Shown: piece by piece, positions 45,521 to 56,603 of the stretch
How positions within the stretch are numbered: the first letter of the stretch is position 1
How the letters are laid out: the number at the start of each line of letters is the position of its first letter
DNA from: Escherichia coli
GTDB taxonomy: Bacteria; Pseudomonadota; Gammaproteobacteria; Enterobacterales; Enterobacteriaceae
Strand: one strand, 5' to 3'
DNA: 64,000 nucleotides
NCBI RefSeq assembly: GCF_024223415.1
Contig: NZ_CP100500.1
Notes under the pieces: generated by a model
The model's input: the letters and a program-made list of their open reading frames with translations, nothing else
What the model was told of the DNA's origin: nothing
Database searches by the model: none
Program-made: the position numbers and the translations under genes

Positions 45521-47758
45521 GTGGACTGGCTTCTTGATGTTTTTGCTACCTGGCTCTACGGCTTAAAAGTAATCGCGATAACGTTAGCGGTCATCATGTT
45601 CATCAGCGGGCTGGACGATTTTTTTATTGATGTCGTCTACTGGGTACGCCGCATTAAACGCAAGTTGAGTGTTTATCGCCGCTACCCGCGAATGAGTTAC
45701 CGCGAACTGTATAAACCAGATGAAAAACCGTTAGCGATTATGGTTCCGGCGTGGAATGAAACGGGCGTCATCGGCAATATGGCCGAGCTGGCGGCGACCA
45801 CGCTCGACTACGAAAACTATCATATCTTTGTTGGCACCTACCCCAACGACCCGGACACTCAGCGTGATGTTGACGAAGTGTGCGCTCGCTTCCCGAATGT
45901 GCATAAGGTAGTCTGCGCGCGTCCTGGCCCCACCAGCAAAGCCGACTGTCTGAACAACGTGCTGGACGCCATCACCCAGTTTGAGCGTAGCGCCAATTTC
46001 GCATTTGCTGGTTTTATTCTGCATGACGCCGAAGATGTGATTTCACCGATGGAGTTGCGTCTGTTCAACTATCTGGTCGAGCGTAAAGATCTGATTCAGA
46101 TCCCGGTATACCCATTCGAACGCGAATGGACGCACTTCACCAGCATGACTTACATTGATGAGTTTTCAGAACTGCATGGCAAAGATGTTCCGGTGCGTGA
46201 AGCCCTCGCCGGACAAGTACCCAGCGCAGGCGTCGGCACCTGTTTCAGCCGCCGCGCCGTGACCGCTCTGTTAGCTGATGGTGACGGTATTGCTTTCGAC
46301 GTGCAAAGTCTTACTGAAGATTACGACATTGGCTTCCGCCTGAAAGAAAAAGGTATGACGGAAATTTTTGTCCGTTTTCCGGTGGTGGATGAAGCCAAAG
46401 AACGCGAGCAGCGTAAATTTTTACAGCACGCACGGACGTCAAACATGATCTGCGTGCGCGAATATTTCCCCGATACCTTTTCGACTGCGGTTCGACAAAA
46501 ATCCCGCTGGATCATCGGCATTGTTTTCCAGGGCTTTAAAACCCATAAATGGACCTCCAGCCTGACGCTGAACTACTTTCTCTGGCGCGACCGCAAAGGG
46601 GCAATCAGTAACTTTGTCAGCTTCCTCGCGATGCTGGTGATGATCCAGCTTTTGCTGTTGCTGGCGTATGAAAGTTTGTGGCCCGATGCCTGGCATTTCC
46701 TTTCTATTTTTAGCGGCAGCGCATGGTTAATGACCCTGCTGTGGCTAAACTTTGGCTTGATGGTTAACCGCATCGTGCAGCGGGTGATTTTCGTCACTGG
46801 CTACTACGGCCTCACGCAGGGGCTACTATCTGTCCTGCGTCTTTTCTGGGGCAACCTGATTAACTTCATGGCCAACTGGCGCGCGTTAAAACAGGTACTT
46901 CAACACGGCGATCCACGTCGCGTCGCGTGGGATAAAACAACGCATGACTTCCCCAGCGTCACTGGCGATACCCGCTCGTTGCGCCCGTTAGGTCAAATTC
47001 TGCTGGAAAATCAGGTCATCACTGAAGAACAGCTCGATACAGCACTGCGTAATCGCGTCGAAGGTCTACGCCTGGGCGGTTCAATGCTGATGCAGGGGCT
47101 GATTAGCGCCGAGCAGCTGGCACAGGCGCTGGCAGAGCAAAACGGCGTGGCGTGGGAATCCATCGATGCCTGGCAGATCCCGTCCTCGCTGATTGCCGAA
47201 ATGCCGGCCTCCGTGGCGCTGCATTATGCGGTACTGCCGCTGCGTCTGGAAAATGATGAGTTAATTGTCGGCAGTGAAGATGGTATTGACCCGGTTTCGC
47301 TGGCGGCCCTGACGCGTAAAGTCGGACGCAAAGTGCGTTACGTCATTGTTCTGCGGGGACAAATTGTCACGGGGTTACGTCACTGGTATGCACGCCGACG
47401 CGGTCACGATCCGCGGGCAATGTTGTACAATGCGGTTCAGCATCAGTGGCTCACGGAACAGCAGGCCGGTGAAATCTGGCGGCAATATGTGCCGCATCAG
47501 TTCCTGTTCGCCGAAATACTGACCACGCTCGGTCATATTAATCGTTCAGCAATTAACGTGTTGTTATTGCGCCATGAACGCAGTTCTCTGCCGCTCGGCA
47601 AGTTTTTGGTCACCGAAGGCGTTATCAGCCAGGAAACGTTGGATCGCGTCCTGACAATTCAACGCGAATTACAAGTTTCGATGCAATCACTATTACTCAA
47701 AGCAGGTTTAAACACAGAACAGGTTGCGCAACTGGAGTCCGAAAATGAAGGAGAATAA
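45521..47758 (+). CDS. nfrB: bacteriophage N4 adsorption protein B (inner-membrane glycosyltransferase-like) NfrB
   Basis: 745-aa ORF with GTG start; N-terminal TM and glycosyltransferase family 2-like region; followed by nfrA. Confidence 0.88.
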   Translation: MDWLLDVFATWLYGLKVIAITLAVIMFISGLDDFFIDVVYWVRRIKRKLSVYRRYPRMSYRELYKPDEKPLAIMVPAWNETGVIGNMAELAATTLDYENYHIFVGTYPNDPDTQRDVDEVCARFPNVHKVVCARPGPTSKADCLNNVLDAITQFERSANFAFAGFILHDAEDVISPMELRLFNYLVERKDLIQIPVYPFEREWTHFTSMTYIDEFSELHGKDVPVREALAGQVPSAGVGTCFSRRAVTALLADGDGIAFDVQSLTEDYDIGFRLKEKGMTEIFVRFPVVDEAKEREQRKFLQHARTSNMICVREYFPDTFSTAVRQKSRWIIGIVFQGFKTHKWTSSLTLNYFLWRDRKGAISNFVSFLAMLVMIQLLLLLAYESLWPDAWHFLSIFSGSAWLMTLLWLNFGLMVNRIVQRVIFVTGYYGLTQGLLSVLRLFWGNLINFMANWRALKQVLQHGDPRRVAWDKTTHDFPSVTGDTRSLRPLGQILLENQVITEEQLDTALRNRVEGLRLGGSMLMQGLISAEQLAQALAEQNGVAWESIDAWQIPSSLIAEMPASVALHYAVLPLRLENDELIVGSEDGIDPVSLAALTRKVGRKVRYVIVLRGQIVTGLRHWYARRRGHDPRAMLYNAVQHQWLTEQQAGEIWRQYVPHQFLFAEILTTLGHINRSAINVLLLRHERSSLPLGKFLVTEGVISQETLDRVLTIQRELQVSMQSLLLKAGLNTEQVAQLESENEGE

Positions 47759-50717
47759 CCTTAATCGCGTCATCGGATGGTCTGGTTTACTGCTGACGTC
47801 TTTATTGAGTACCAGCGCACTCGCAGACAATATCGGCACCAGCGCAGAAGAGCTGGGGCTGAGCGATTATCGCCATTTTGTTATTTATCCCCGTCTCGAT
47901 AAGGCGCTGAAGGCACAGAAAAATAACGACGAAGCAACCGCCATCCGCGAATTTGAATATATACACCAGCAGGTGCCGGATAATATTCCGCTGACTTTAT
48001 ACCTTGCGGAAGCCTATCGCCATTTTGGTCATGATGACCGGGCGCGGCTGTTGCTTGAGGATCAACTGAAACGTCACCCAGGAGATGCCCGACTTGAGCG
48101 CAGTCTGGCGGCTATTCCAGTTGAAGTGAAAAGCGTTACGACAGTTGAAGAACTGCTTGCCCAGCAAAAAGCGTGCGATGCTGCGCCGACCCTGCGTTGT
48201 CGCAGTGAAGTCGGGCAGAATGCCCTGCGGCTGGCACAGTTACCTGTCGCCAGAGCGCAACTGAACGATGCGACGTTTGCTGCATCGCCGGAAGGAAAAA
48301 CGCTGCGAACCGATCTGCTGCAACGGGCAATCTACCTGAAACAATGGTCCCAGGCAGATACGCTATACAATGAAGCACGCCAGCAGAACACATTAAGCGC
48401 GGCAGAACGCCGTCAGTGGTTTGACGTGCTTCTTGCCGGGCAGCTGGACGATCGGATCCTGGCGCTGCAATCACAGGGGATCTTCACTGATCCTCAGTCA
48501 TATATTACTTACGCGACCGCGCTGGCTTATCGTGGCGAAAAAGCACGCCTCCAGCATTATCTCATTGAAAATAAGCCGCTGTTTACCACGGACGCACAAG
48601 AGAAAAGTTGGCTCTATCTGTTATCTAAATACAGCGCCAACCCCGTTCAGGCATTGGCGAATTATACGGTGCAGTTTGCCGATAACCGCCAGTATGTTGT
48701 TGGCGCGACGCTACCGGTGCTGTTAAAAGAAGGTCAGTACGACGCAGCGCAAAAACTGCTCGCCACCCTCCCCGCCAATGAAATGCTTGAGGAGCGTTAT
48801 GCTGTCAGCGTGGCGACCCGTAACAAGGCTGAAGCTCTGCGTCTGGCACGCTTGCTGTATCAGCAAGAACCGGCAAATCTTACCCGCCTGGATCAACTGA
48901 CCTGGCAACTGATGCAGAACGAGCAGTCACGCGAAGCTGCCGATTTATTGCTGCAACGCTATCCTTTCCAGGGCGATGCGCGTGTCAGCCAGACTTTAAT
49001 GGCGCGACTGGCGTCTCTTCTGGAAAGTCATCCTTACCTGGCAACTCCAGCGAAGGTGGCGATTTTATCGAAACCCTTACCGCTGGCGGAGCAACGTCAG
49101 TGGCAAAGTCAGTTGCCGGGTATTGCAGATAATTGCCCGGCAATAGTTCGCTTGCTGGGCGATATGTCGCCTTCCTACGATGCTGCCGCCTGGAACCGTC
49201 TGGCAAAGTGTTATCGGGATACGCTACCCGGTGTGGCGTTGTATGCATGGCTTCAGGCCGAACAACGACAACCGAACGCCTGGCAACATCGTGCGGTAGC
49301 CTATCAGGCGTATCAGGTTGAGGACTACGCCACCGCACTGGCGGCCTGGCAGAAAATCAGTCTTCACGACATGAGCAATGAGGATCTGCTTGCTGCTGCC
49401 AATACCGCCCAGGCGGCAGGAAATGGTGCGGCTCGCGATCGCTGGTTACAACAGGCAGAACAACGTGGACTGGGAAACAATGCCCTCTACTGGTGGCTGC
49501 ATGCGCAACGTTACATTCCTGGTCAGCCGGAACTCGCACTGAACGATCTCACGCGCTCAATCAATATTGCGCCTTCTGCCAACGCTTACGTTGCGCGGGC
49601 GACAATTTATCGCCAACGTCATAATGTCCCGGCCGCGGTGAGTGATTTGCGCGCCGCGCTGGAACTGGAACCGAATAATAGCAACACCCAGGCAGCGCTT
49701 GGTTACGCCTTGTGGGATAGCGGTGATATCGCACAGTCGCGGGAAATGCTCGAACAGGCGCATAAAGGGCTACCGGACGATCCGGCACTGATCCGACAAC
49801 TGGCCTATGTGAACCAGCGTCTGGATGACATGCCTGCGACGCAGCACTACGCCCGGCTGGTGATTGATGACATTGATAATCAGGCGCTGATAACCCCACT
49901 CACCCCAGAGCAAAATCAGCAACGCTTCAATTTCCGCCGTCTGCATGAGGAGGTCGGTCGCCGCTGGACGTTCAGTTTCGATTCTTCCATCGGCTTGCGT
50001 TCCGGCGCAATGAGTACCGCTAACAATAATGTCGGCGGCGCAGCGCCAGGGAAAAGCTATCGTAGCTACGGACAACTGGAAGCCGAGTACCGCATCGGAC
50101 GCAATATGCTGCTGGAAGGCGACCTGCTCTCAGTCTATAGCCGCGTCTTTGCCGATACCGGAGAAAACGGGGTGATGATGCCGGTGAAAAATCCGATGTC
50201 CGGCACCGGTCTGCGCTGGAAGCCGCTGCGCGATCAGATCTTTTTCCTCGCCGTCGAACAGCAGTTGCCGCTGAACGGGCAAAATGGCGCATCCGATACA
50301 ATGCTGCGCGCCAGCGCCTCATTCTTTAATGGCGGCAAATACAGCGACGAATGGCACCCGAACGGTTCAGGCTGGTTTGCCCAAAACCTGTACCTCGATG
50401 CGGCGCAATATATCCGCCAGGATATTCAGGCGTGGACGGCAGATTATCGCGTCAGCTGGCATCAGAAGGTAGCTAACGGACAGACTATTGAGCCTTACGC
50501 TCACGTTCAGGACAACGGCTATCGTGATAAAGGCACTCAGGGCGCGCAGCTTGGCGGTGTCGGGGTCCGCTGGAATATTTGGACCGGCGAGACGCACTAC
50601 GACGCCTGGCCGCACAAAGTCAGTCTCGGCGTCGAGTATCAACATACCTTTAAGGCGATTAATCAACGTAACGGAGAGCGCAACAACGCGTTTCTCACCA
50701 TTGGAGTGCACTGGTAA
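47745..50717 (+). CDS. nfrA: bacteriophage N4 adsorption outer-membrane protein NfrA
   Basis: Start at MKENNLNRVIGWSGLLLTSLLSTSALA (signal peptide); TPR-rich; overlaps the nfrB end. Confidence 0.88.
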   Translation: MKENNLNRVIGWSGLLLTSLLSTSALADNIGTSAEELGLSDYRHFVIYPRLDKALKAQKNNDEATAIREFEYIHQQVPDNIPLTLYLAEAYRHFGHDDRARLLLEDQLKRHPGDARLERSLAAIPVEVKSVTTVEELLAQQKACDAAPTLRCRSEVGQNALRLAQLPVARAQLNDATFAASPEGKTLRTDLLQRAIYLKQWSQADTLYNEARQQNTLSAAERRQWFDVLLAGQLDDRILALQSQGIFTDPQSYITYATALAYRGEKARLQHYLIENKPLFTTDAQEKSWLYLLSKYSANPVQALANYTVQFADNRQYVVGATLPVLLKEGQYDAAQKLLATLPANEMLEERYAVSVATRNKAEALRLARLLYQQEPANLTRLDQLTWQLMQNEQSREAADLLLQRYPFQGDARVSQTLMARLASLLESHPYLATPAKVAILSKPLPLAEQRQWQSQLPGIADNCPAIVRLLGDMSPSYDAAAWNRLAKCYRDTLPGVALYAWLQAEQRQPNAWQHRAVAYQAYQVEDYATALAAWQKISLHDMSNEDLLAAANTAQAAGNGAARDRWLQQAEQRGLGNNALYWWLHAQRYIPGQPELALNDLTRSINIAPSANAYVARATIYRQRHNVPAAVSDLRAALELEPNNSNTQAALGYALWDSGDIAQSREMLEQAHKGLPDDPALIRQLAYVNQRLDDMPATQHYARLVIDDIDNQALITPLTPEQNQQRFNFRRLHEEVGRRWTFSFDSSIGLRSGAMSTANNNVGGAAPGKSYRSYGQLEAEYRIGRNMLLEGDLLSVYSRVFADTGENGVMMPVKNPMSGTGLRWKPLRDQIFFLAVEQQLPLNGQNGASDTMLRASASFFNGGKYSDEWHPNGSGWFAQNLYLDAAQYIRQDIQAWTADYRVSWHQKVANGQTIEPYAHVQDNGYRDKGTQGAQLGGVGVRWNIWTGETHYDAWPHKVSLGVEYQHTFKAINQRNGERNNAFLTIGVHW

Positions 50718-51608
50718 ATGCGTAAGTTCATTTTCGTATTGCTGACACTGCTTTTGGTCAGCCCTTTTTCCTTTGCGATGAAAGGTATTATCTGGCAACC
50801 ACAAAACCGAGATAGTCAGGTTACCGATACCCAGTGGCAGGGGCTGATGAGTCAGTTACGTTTGCAAGGCTTCGATACCCTGGTTTTGCAATGGACCCGT
50901 TACGGCGATGCATTTACCCAGCCAGAACAGCGCACGTTATTGTTTAAGCGGGCCGCAGCTGCGCAACAGGCTGGTCTGAAGCTGATTGTCGGGCTGAACG
51001 CCGATCCGGAATTTTTTATGCACCAGAAACAGTCGTCCGCAGCGCTGGAAAGCTATCTTAATCGCCTGCTGGCTGCCGATCTCCAGCAAGCCAGATTATG
51101 GAGCGCCGTACCTGGCGTAACGCCGGATGGCTGGTACATCAGCGCGGAAATTGACGACCTGAACTGGCGCAGCGAAGCCGCCCGTCAGCCTTTGCTAACA
51201 TGGTTAAACAACGCGCAGCGGCTGATTAGCGATGTTTCAGCAAAACCGGTTTATATCAGTAGTTTTTTCGCCGGAAACATGTCGCCAGATGGCTATCGCC
51301 AACTGCTGGAACACGTTAAAGCAACCGGCGTTAATGTCTGGGTACAGGATGGCAGCGGCGTGGATAAACTTACCGCTGAACAGCGTGAACGTTATCTACA
51401 GGCCAGCGCCGATTGCCAAAGCTCCGCCCCAGCAAGCGGCATTGTTTATGAACTGTTTGTCGCCGGCAAAGGCAAAACCTTTACAGCGAAACCGAAACCG
51501 GACGCAGAAATTGCCTCGCTGTTAGCGAAACGTTCCTCTTGCGGTAAAGACACTCTCTATTTCTCTCTGCGCTATTTGCCCGTCGCGCACGGCATTCTCG
51601 AGTATTAA
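50718..51608 (+). CDS. ybcH: YbcH (DUF4434 family)
   Basis: 296-aa ORF with signal peptide, immediately after nfrA. Confidence 0.82.
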   Translation: MRKFIFVLLTLLLVSPFSFAMKGIIWQPQNRDSQVTDTQWQGLMSQLRLQGFDTLVLQWTRYGDAFTQPEQRTLLFKRAAAAQQAGLKLIVGLNADPEFFMHQKQSSAALESYLNRLLAADLQQARLWSAVPGVTPDGWYISAEIDDLNWRSEAARQPLLTWLNNAQRLISDVSAKPVYISSFFAGNMSPDGYRQLLEHVKATGVNVWVQDGSGVDKLTAEQRERYLQASADCQSSAPASGIVYELFVAGKGKTFTAKPKPDAEIASLLAKRSSCGKDTLYFSLRYLPVAHGILEY

Positions 51609-51790
51609 ATCTCCTCCAGGTAAGTCGGGTACGACCTGGCTTACCTCTTTCGCTCTCGTCAGAATTCCATCAAGATTAATTGCTAAAAAGCGTGCTAAAG
51701 AAAGAAGATCGTTATCGGCGAACGGGCCGATCACTCATGCAGGAAGCATAGATCCTTTGAGCGGAGTTTCTGATATCTGAGGAGTGCGAA

Positions 51791-52552
51791 ATGCAATTGA
51801 GCAGCAGTGAACCTTGCGTGGTGATCCTGACCGAAAAAGAGGTAGAGGTAAGCGTCAATAACCATGCTACGTTTACCCTTCCGAAAAACTACCTGGCCGC
51901 CTTCGCGTGCAACAATAACGTCATTGAACTCTCAACGTTAAATCACGTATTAATCACCCACATCAACCGTAACATCATCAACGATTATCTGTTGTTTTTA
52001 AATAAGAACTTAACCTGTGTAAAGCCCTGGTCGCGGCTGGCTACCCCGGTTATCGCTTGTCATAGCCGTACACCGGAAGTGTTCCGGCTAGCCGCCAACC
52101 ACAGCAAGCAGCAACCCAGCAAACCCTGCGAAGCGGAGTTGACGCGCGCATTGCTTTTTACCGTATTGTCTAACTTTCTTGAGCAATCGCGGTTTATTGC
52201 CCTACTGATGTATATCTTACGCAGCAGCGTCCGCGACAGCGTCTGCCGCATTATTCAAAGCGATATTCAGCATTACTGGAATCTGCGAATTGTCGCCAGT
52301 TCGCTATGTTTAAGCCCCAGCCTGCTCAAAAAGAAATTAAAAAACGAAAATACCAGCTATAGCCAGATTGTCACAGAGTGTCGTATGCGTTACGCCGTAC
52401 AGATGTTATTGATGGATAACAAAAATATCACTCAGGTGGCGCAATTATGTGGCTATAGCAGCACGTCGTACTTTATCTCTGTTTTTAAGGCGTTTTACGG
52501 CCTGACACCGTTGAATTATCTCGCCAAACAGCGACAAAAAGTGATGTGGTGA
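51791..52552 (+). CDS. envY: AraC-family porin thermoregulatory transcription factor EnvY
   Basis: 253-aa ORF with C-terminal AraC-type HTH (GYSSTSYFISVFKAFYGLTP). Confidence 0.88.
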   Translation: MQLSSSEPCVVILTEKEVEVSVNNHATFTLPKNYLAAFACNNNVIELSTLNHVLITHINRNIINDYLLFLNKNLTCVKPWSRLATPVIACHSRTPEVFRLAANHSKQQPSKPCEAELTRALLFTVLSNFLEQSRFIALLMYILRSSVRDSVCRIIQSDIQHYWNLRIVASSLCLSPSLLKKKLKNENTSYSQIVTECRMRYAVQMLLMDNKNITQVAQLCGYSSTSYFISVFKAFYGLTPLNYLAKQRQKVMW

Positions 52553-52597
52553 AGGGCAAAGCGGAAACGGATAAGACGGGCATAAATGAAGAAGAAA

Positions 52598-52642
52598 TGG
52601 CGCGCCCTGCAGGATTCGAACCTGCGGCCCACGACTTAGAAG
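52598..52642 (-). other. partial tRNA-Arg (argU-like) 3' fragment, likely a lambdoid prophage attachment-site remnant
   Basis: Reverse complement CTTCTAAGTCGTGGGCCGCAGGTTCGAATCCTGCAGGGCGCGCCA is the anticodon loop (UCU), T-arm and acceptor 3' end of a tRNA-Arg; the 5' half of the tRNA is absent. Confidence 0.75.
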
Positions 52643-53065
52643 TTCCTAGAACGACATTTTAAGTCAACAACTTACCGCGCCATCTCTGCGCTCACACGTC
52701 CCACTACCTCAAAACATGTAAAGCCTTGCAAGCCATTGTGAGGCCTTATGTGTCTCAGTTTTGTCCCTCTTTTTTGTACCAAAAAACATAGCAATTGAGG
52801 ATAAACCTCATGCTATTTTCGCTTATATGCCTCTAAAGGCATGGCACTTAAATAGATAAAAGCACCACAAAAGCATAAAAAAACCACACAGTAAAACCGC
52901 AATATGAAACAATAACAGATAATTAAACCAAAAACAGATAGCGCATTGTGATAATCATTCAATACTAAACAAAATATAAACAGTGGAGCAATATGTAATT
53001 GACTCATTAAGTTAGATATAAAAAATACATATTCAATCATTAAAACGATTGAATGGAGAACTTTT

Positions 53066-54019
53066 ATGCGGGCGAAACTTCTGGGAATAGTCCTGACAAC
53101 CCCTATTGCGATCAGCTCTTTTGCTTCTACCGAGACTTTATCGTTTACTCCTGACAACATAAATGCGGACATTAGTCTTGGAACTCTGAGCGGAAAAACA
53201 AAAGAGCGTGTTTATCTAGCCGAAGAAGGAGGCCGAAAAGTCAGTCAACTCGACTGGAAATTCAATAACGCTGCAATTATTAAAGGTGCAATTAATTGGG
53301 ATTTGATGCCCCAGATATCTATCGGGGCTGCTGGATGGACAACTCTCGGCAGCCGAGGTGGCAATATGGTCGATCAGGACTGGATGGATTCCAGTAACCC
53401 CGGAACCTGGACGGATGAAAGTAGACACCCTGATACACAACTCAATTATGCCAACGAATTTGATCTGAATATCAAAGGCTGGCTCCTCAACGAACCCAAT
53501 TACCGCCTGGGACTCATGGCTGGATATCAGGAAAGCCGTTATAGCTTTACAGCCAGAGGTGGTTCCTATATCTACAGTTCTGAGGAGGGATTCAGAGATG
53601 ATATCGGCTCCTTCCCGAATGGAGAAAGAGCAATCGGCTACAAACAACGTTTTAAAATGCCCTACATTGGCTTGACTGGAAGTTATCGTTATGAAGATTT
53701 TGAACTCGGTGGCACATTTAAATACAGCGGCTGGGTGGAATCATCTGATAACGATGAACACTATGACCCGGGAAAAAGAATCACTTATCGCAGTAAGGTC
53801 AAAGACCAAAATTACTATTCTGTTGCAGTCAATGCAGGTTATTACGTCACACCTAACGCAAAAGTTTATGTTGAAGGCGCATGGAATCGGGTTACGAATA
53901 AAAAAGGTAATACTTCACTTTATGATCACAATAATAACACTTCAGACTACAGCAAAAATGGAGCAGGTATAGAAAACTATAACTTCATCACTACTGCTGG
54001 TCTTAAGTACACATTTTAA
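53066..54019 (+). CDS. ompT: outer-membrane protease OmpT (omptin)
   Basis: 317-aa ORF recognised as OmpT (MRAKLLGIVLTTPIAISSFA...AGLKYTF). Confidence 0.93.
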   Translation: MRAKLLGIVLTTPIAISSFASTETLSFTPDNINADISLGTLSGKTKERVYLAEEGGRKVSQLDWKFNNAAIIKGAINWDLMPQISIGAAGWTTLGSRGGNMVDQDWMDSSNPGTWTDESRHPDTQLNYANEFDLNIKGWLLNEPNYRLGLMAGYQESRYSFTARGGSYIYSSEEGFRDDIGSFPNGERAIGYKQRFKMPYIGLTGSYRYEDFELGGTFKYSGWVESSDNDEHYDPGKRITYRSKVKDQNYYSVAVNAGYYVTPNAKVYVEGAWNRVTNKKGNTSLYDHNNNTSDYSKNGAGIENYNFITTAGLKYTF

Positions 54020-54268
54020 GAACGCCAACTAAAATTTCCCCGAGGTGAAAATCGCCCCGGGGAATAACTAGCCATTTCAATGTAACAATTAACCCTTAAA
54101 ATAAACCCAGAAGGTTATTAACTAAATCACATAAAAAACCATCAATTATAGTATGTATAAAATAGGCGACAGCAACCCAATTACAAATTAATGGTTCCAG
54201 AATATCACATCAAAAAAAACGCTGTATAATATTATAATTAACATGTAGACAACTTGTAATAAACATTA

Positions 54269-55018
54269 TCAGTCAATTGTTTTGTTTATTCCATCTGTGA
54301 CGCCGATTATTTTCTCAAAATAATGAGATGGCGTGACACCATAATAATCTTTAAATGCACATATGAAATATGAAGTACTGTTATAGCCACATTTCTGGGC
54401 TACGACATTGATAGAATAAGAGTTTGAAGTTATGAGTTTTTTTGCATACCTCATCCTAGTATCTCTCAATATTTCAGTAAATGACGTTCCTTCATCCCTT
54501 AATCTTTTTTTTATTAAACTTTCACTCGTATAAATCAATTCCGCAATATCTTTTAAATGCCATTGCCGCTCAATATTAAAACTGATTATTCCAGTAATTT
54601 TACAGGTAAATGTATTTATATTTGTTAGTATAAATGAATTTACACTTTCGCGTTTTTTGAACATGGCAAGTAAGGATATACATAGTCTTTCTTTTAACCA
54701 AAGGGAGTATGAGTCTGCTATTTTAATCCCTTCAAACAGAGAAAAAACAAGCGATAATGGAGGTTCCTCTTCAGCAATATAGCCATTCTTATCAAGAGTA
54801 AATTTGCCAGGCAGCTCATTATTCACGTCGATAAAAAAGGATAAACATGTTTTCTTATCTATATCAACAATTCTTAGTTTAGAGGGGCATACTGGTAACT
54901 CCCTTCTAATTTTATCGCTTACAATAAACAATGAATTTTTTTTGAACGAGATAACTCTCCTGTTTATAATTAAATCAAATGATTGACAGATGAAAACTAC
55001 GGAGCAAACATAATCCAT
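54269..55018 (-). CDS. appY: AraC-family transcriptional activator AppY
   Basis: 249-aa ORF with C-terminal AraC HTH; very AT-rich upstream region of about 600 bp. Confidence 0.9.
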   Translation of the reverse strand: MDYVCSVVFICQSFDLIINRRVISFKKNSLFIVSDKIRRELPVCPSKLRIVDIDKKTCLSFFIDVNNELPGKFTLDKNGYIAEEEPPLSLVFSLFEGIKIADSYSLWLKERLCISLLAMFKKRESVNSFILTNINTFTCKITGIISFNIERQWHLKDIAELIYTSESLIKKRLRDEGTSFTEILRDTRMRYAKKLITSNSYSINVVAQKCGYNSTSYFICAFKDYYGVTPSHYFEKIIGVTDGINKTID

Positions 55019-55638
55019 CTTGCACCTATCATAAAATTAAAACAAGTTGATAGCAGTCAAATAACAACCAATTAAATACACAATCATAATCAGGATGATG
55101 TGCATTTATATTTTTATACACAAAATTATAGTTTGCAAATTTTAATAAATTTCATTTAAGATTAAATTATTATATGTATATTGTTTTTTATTCTAACGTA
55201 TTTCAAAGTTACATTTTTCAACGCTTACTATACTTTTTATTAACATAAACTCACTACAACGCACCTGAAACCTCTTGCTATATATATGTCAACCGTTTGA
55301 ATTTAAAATAAAAAGAGTATCATTTTTACTTGCATTTCTTATCAAGTCACATTCAACAACAGTAAAAAAACATTATTAGAACCATTCAATTAACAAAAAA
55401 CCAACATCCAGCTTGCTTAATTTTTCTTTATTAAACGATATTGAAAATCAATTGATAAAATACATCTAAACAACCTTTTGGGGCGCAAAAGCATAACATC
55501 AAACAAACAAATAACACACCGAAAAAACTCACAATTAATAACCTATGATATACATACTGTTTATTATGGTTGAATAAGCCACTCGATATCTGGTGCTACG
55601 GAAGTGTCCACACGGTTTAGCAGCACCCGATACTTTTT

Positions 55639-55824
55639 TCAGGCTTCCAGCAACGATCTTTCTTCCTCCGTTGCGATTTCCAGATCTACAGCATCCTGCA
55701 GTGGCGCAATATACTCACTGAATTCCTGGATGTAGAACTGTGTGGTGACGGTCTTCCAGCCATTCGGCTCCTGCTGTATTGAAGCATACCAGGCTATTTC
55801 AATATCGCTATGCTGCGGCAGCAT
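55639..55824 (-). pseudogene. tfaX: tail fiber assembly protein remnant (tfaX-like C-terminal fragment)
   Basis: 61-aa ORF sharing [22 protein letters not shown] with the intact Tfa at 56604..57188 but lacking the rest. Confidence 0.6.
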
Positions 55825-55880
55825 TTAACCCCTTGTAATTCATTGCCATAATTGATTTAATTCACAAATAAAACTATAAC

Positions 55881-56549
55881 ATGGTGAAATTAATGAAAAA
55901 AAACACAGATGATGGGGCTAAAATTTACACACCACTTACCCTAAAGCTTTATGACTGGTGGGTTTTGGGAGTATCAAATCGGCTTGCATGGGGATCTCCT
56001 ACAAAGGAACACCTTCTTCCACACTTTCTGGAACATTTAGGTAACAACCATCTGGATATTGGTGTTGGAACTGGGTTTTACCTTACTCACGTACCTGAGA
56101 GTAGTCTGATATCTTTAATGGATTTGAACGAAGCTAGCCTGAACGCGGCATCTACAAGGGCTGGGGAATCAAAAATTAAACATAAAATTAACCATGATGT
56201 TTTTGAACCTTGTCCCGCGGCGTTACATGGTCAATTTGATTCCATTTCCATGTTTTACCTTCTTCACTGCCTGCCTGGAAATATATCTACAAAAAGCTGT
56301 GTAATACGCAATGCGGCGCAGGCCTTAACTGACGATGGAACTCTATACGGAGCCACAATTCTTGGCGATGGAGTTGTGCACAATAGCTTCGGTCAAAAAC
56401 TGATGCGCATTTACAATCAGAAAGGCATCTTTTCAAACACAAAAGATTCCGAAGAAGGCTTAACACATATACTCTCAGAGCATTTCGAGAATGTTAAAAC
56501 CAAGGTTCAAGGTACTGTAGTAATGTTTTCCGCTTCAGGGAAAAAATAG
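55881..56549 (+). CDS. ybcY: class I SAM-dependent methyltransferase YbcY (apparently intact here)
   Basis: 222-aa ORF with methyltransferase motif I (LDIGVGTGF); embedded between tfa copies in a prophage tail region. Confidence 0.72.
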   Translation: MVKLMKKNTDDGAKIYTPLTLKLYDWWVLGVSNRLAWGSPTKEHLLPHFLEHLGNNHLDIGVGTGFYLTHVPESSLISLMDLNEASLNAASTRAGESKIKHKINHDVFEPCPAALHGQFDSISMFYLLHCLPGNISTKSCVIRNAAQALTDDGTLYGATILGDGVVHNSFGQKLMRIYNQKGIFSNTKDSEEGLTHILSEHFENVKTKVQGTVVMFSASGKK

Positions 56550-56603
56550 CATCCAACCGCAGCACGTTCTTGCTTAAGACGTGCTGCGGCATAATCCCAA
56601 TGA

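Noticed and set aside
52813-53172. 119-aa minus-strand ORF upstream of and overlapping the ompT start
   Set aside because: Lies in the AT-rich ompT promoter/leader, overlaps the ompT signal-peptide region on the opposite strand, and has a hydrophobic low-complexity translation.
54020-54268. Possible hairpin terminator after ompT (CCCCGAGGTGAAAATCGCCCCGGGG)
   Set aside because: The stem is short and irregular with a large loop and no clear U-tract; not confident enough to call.
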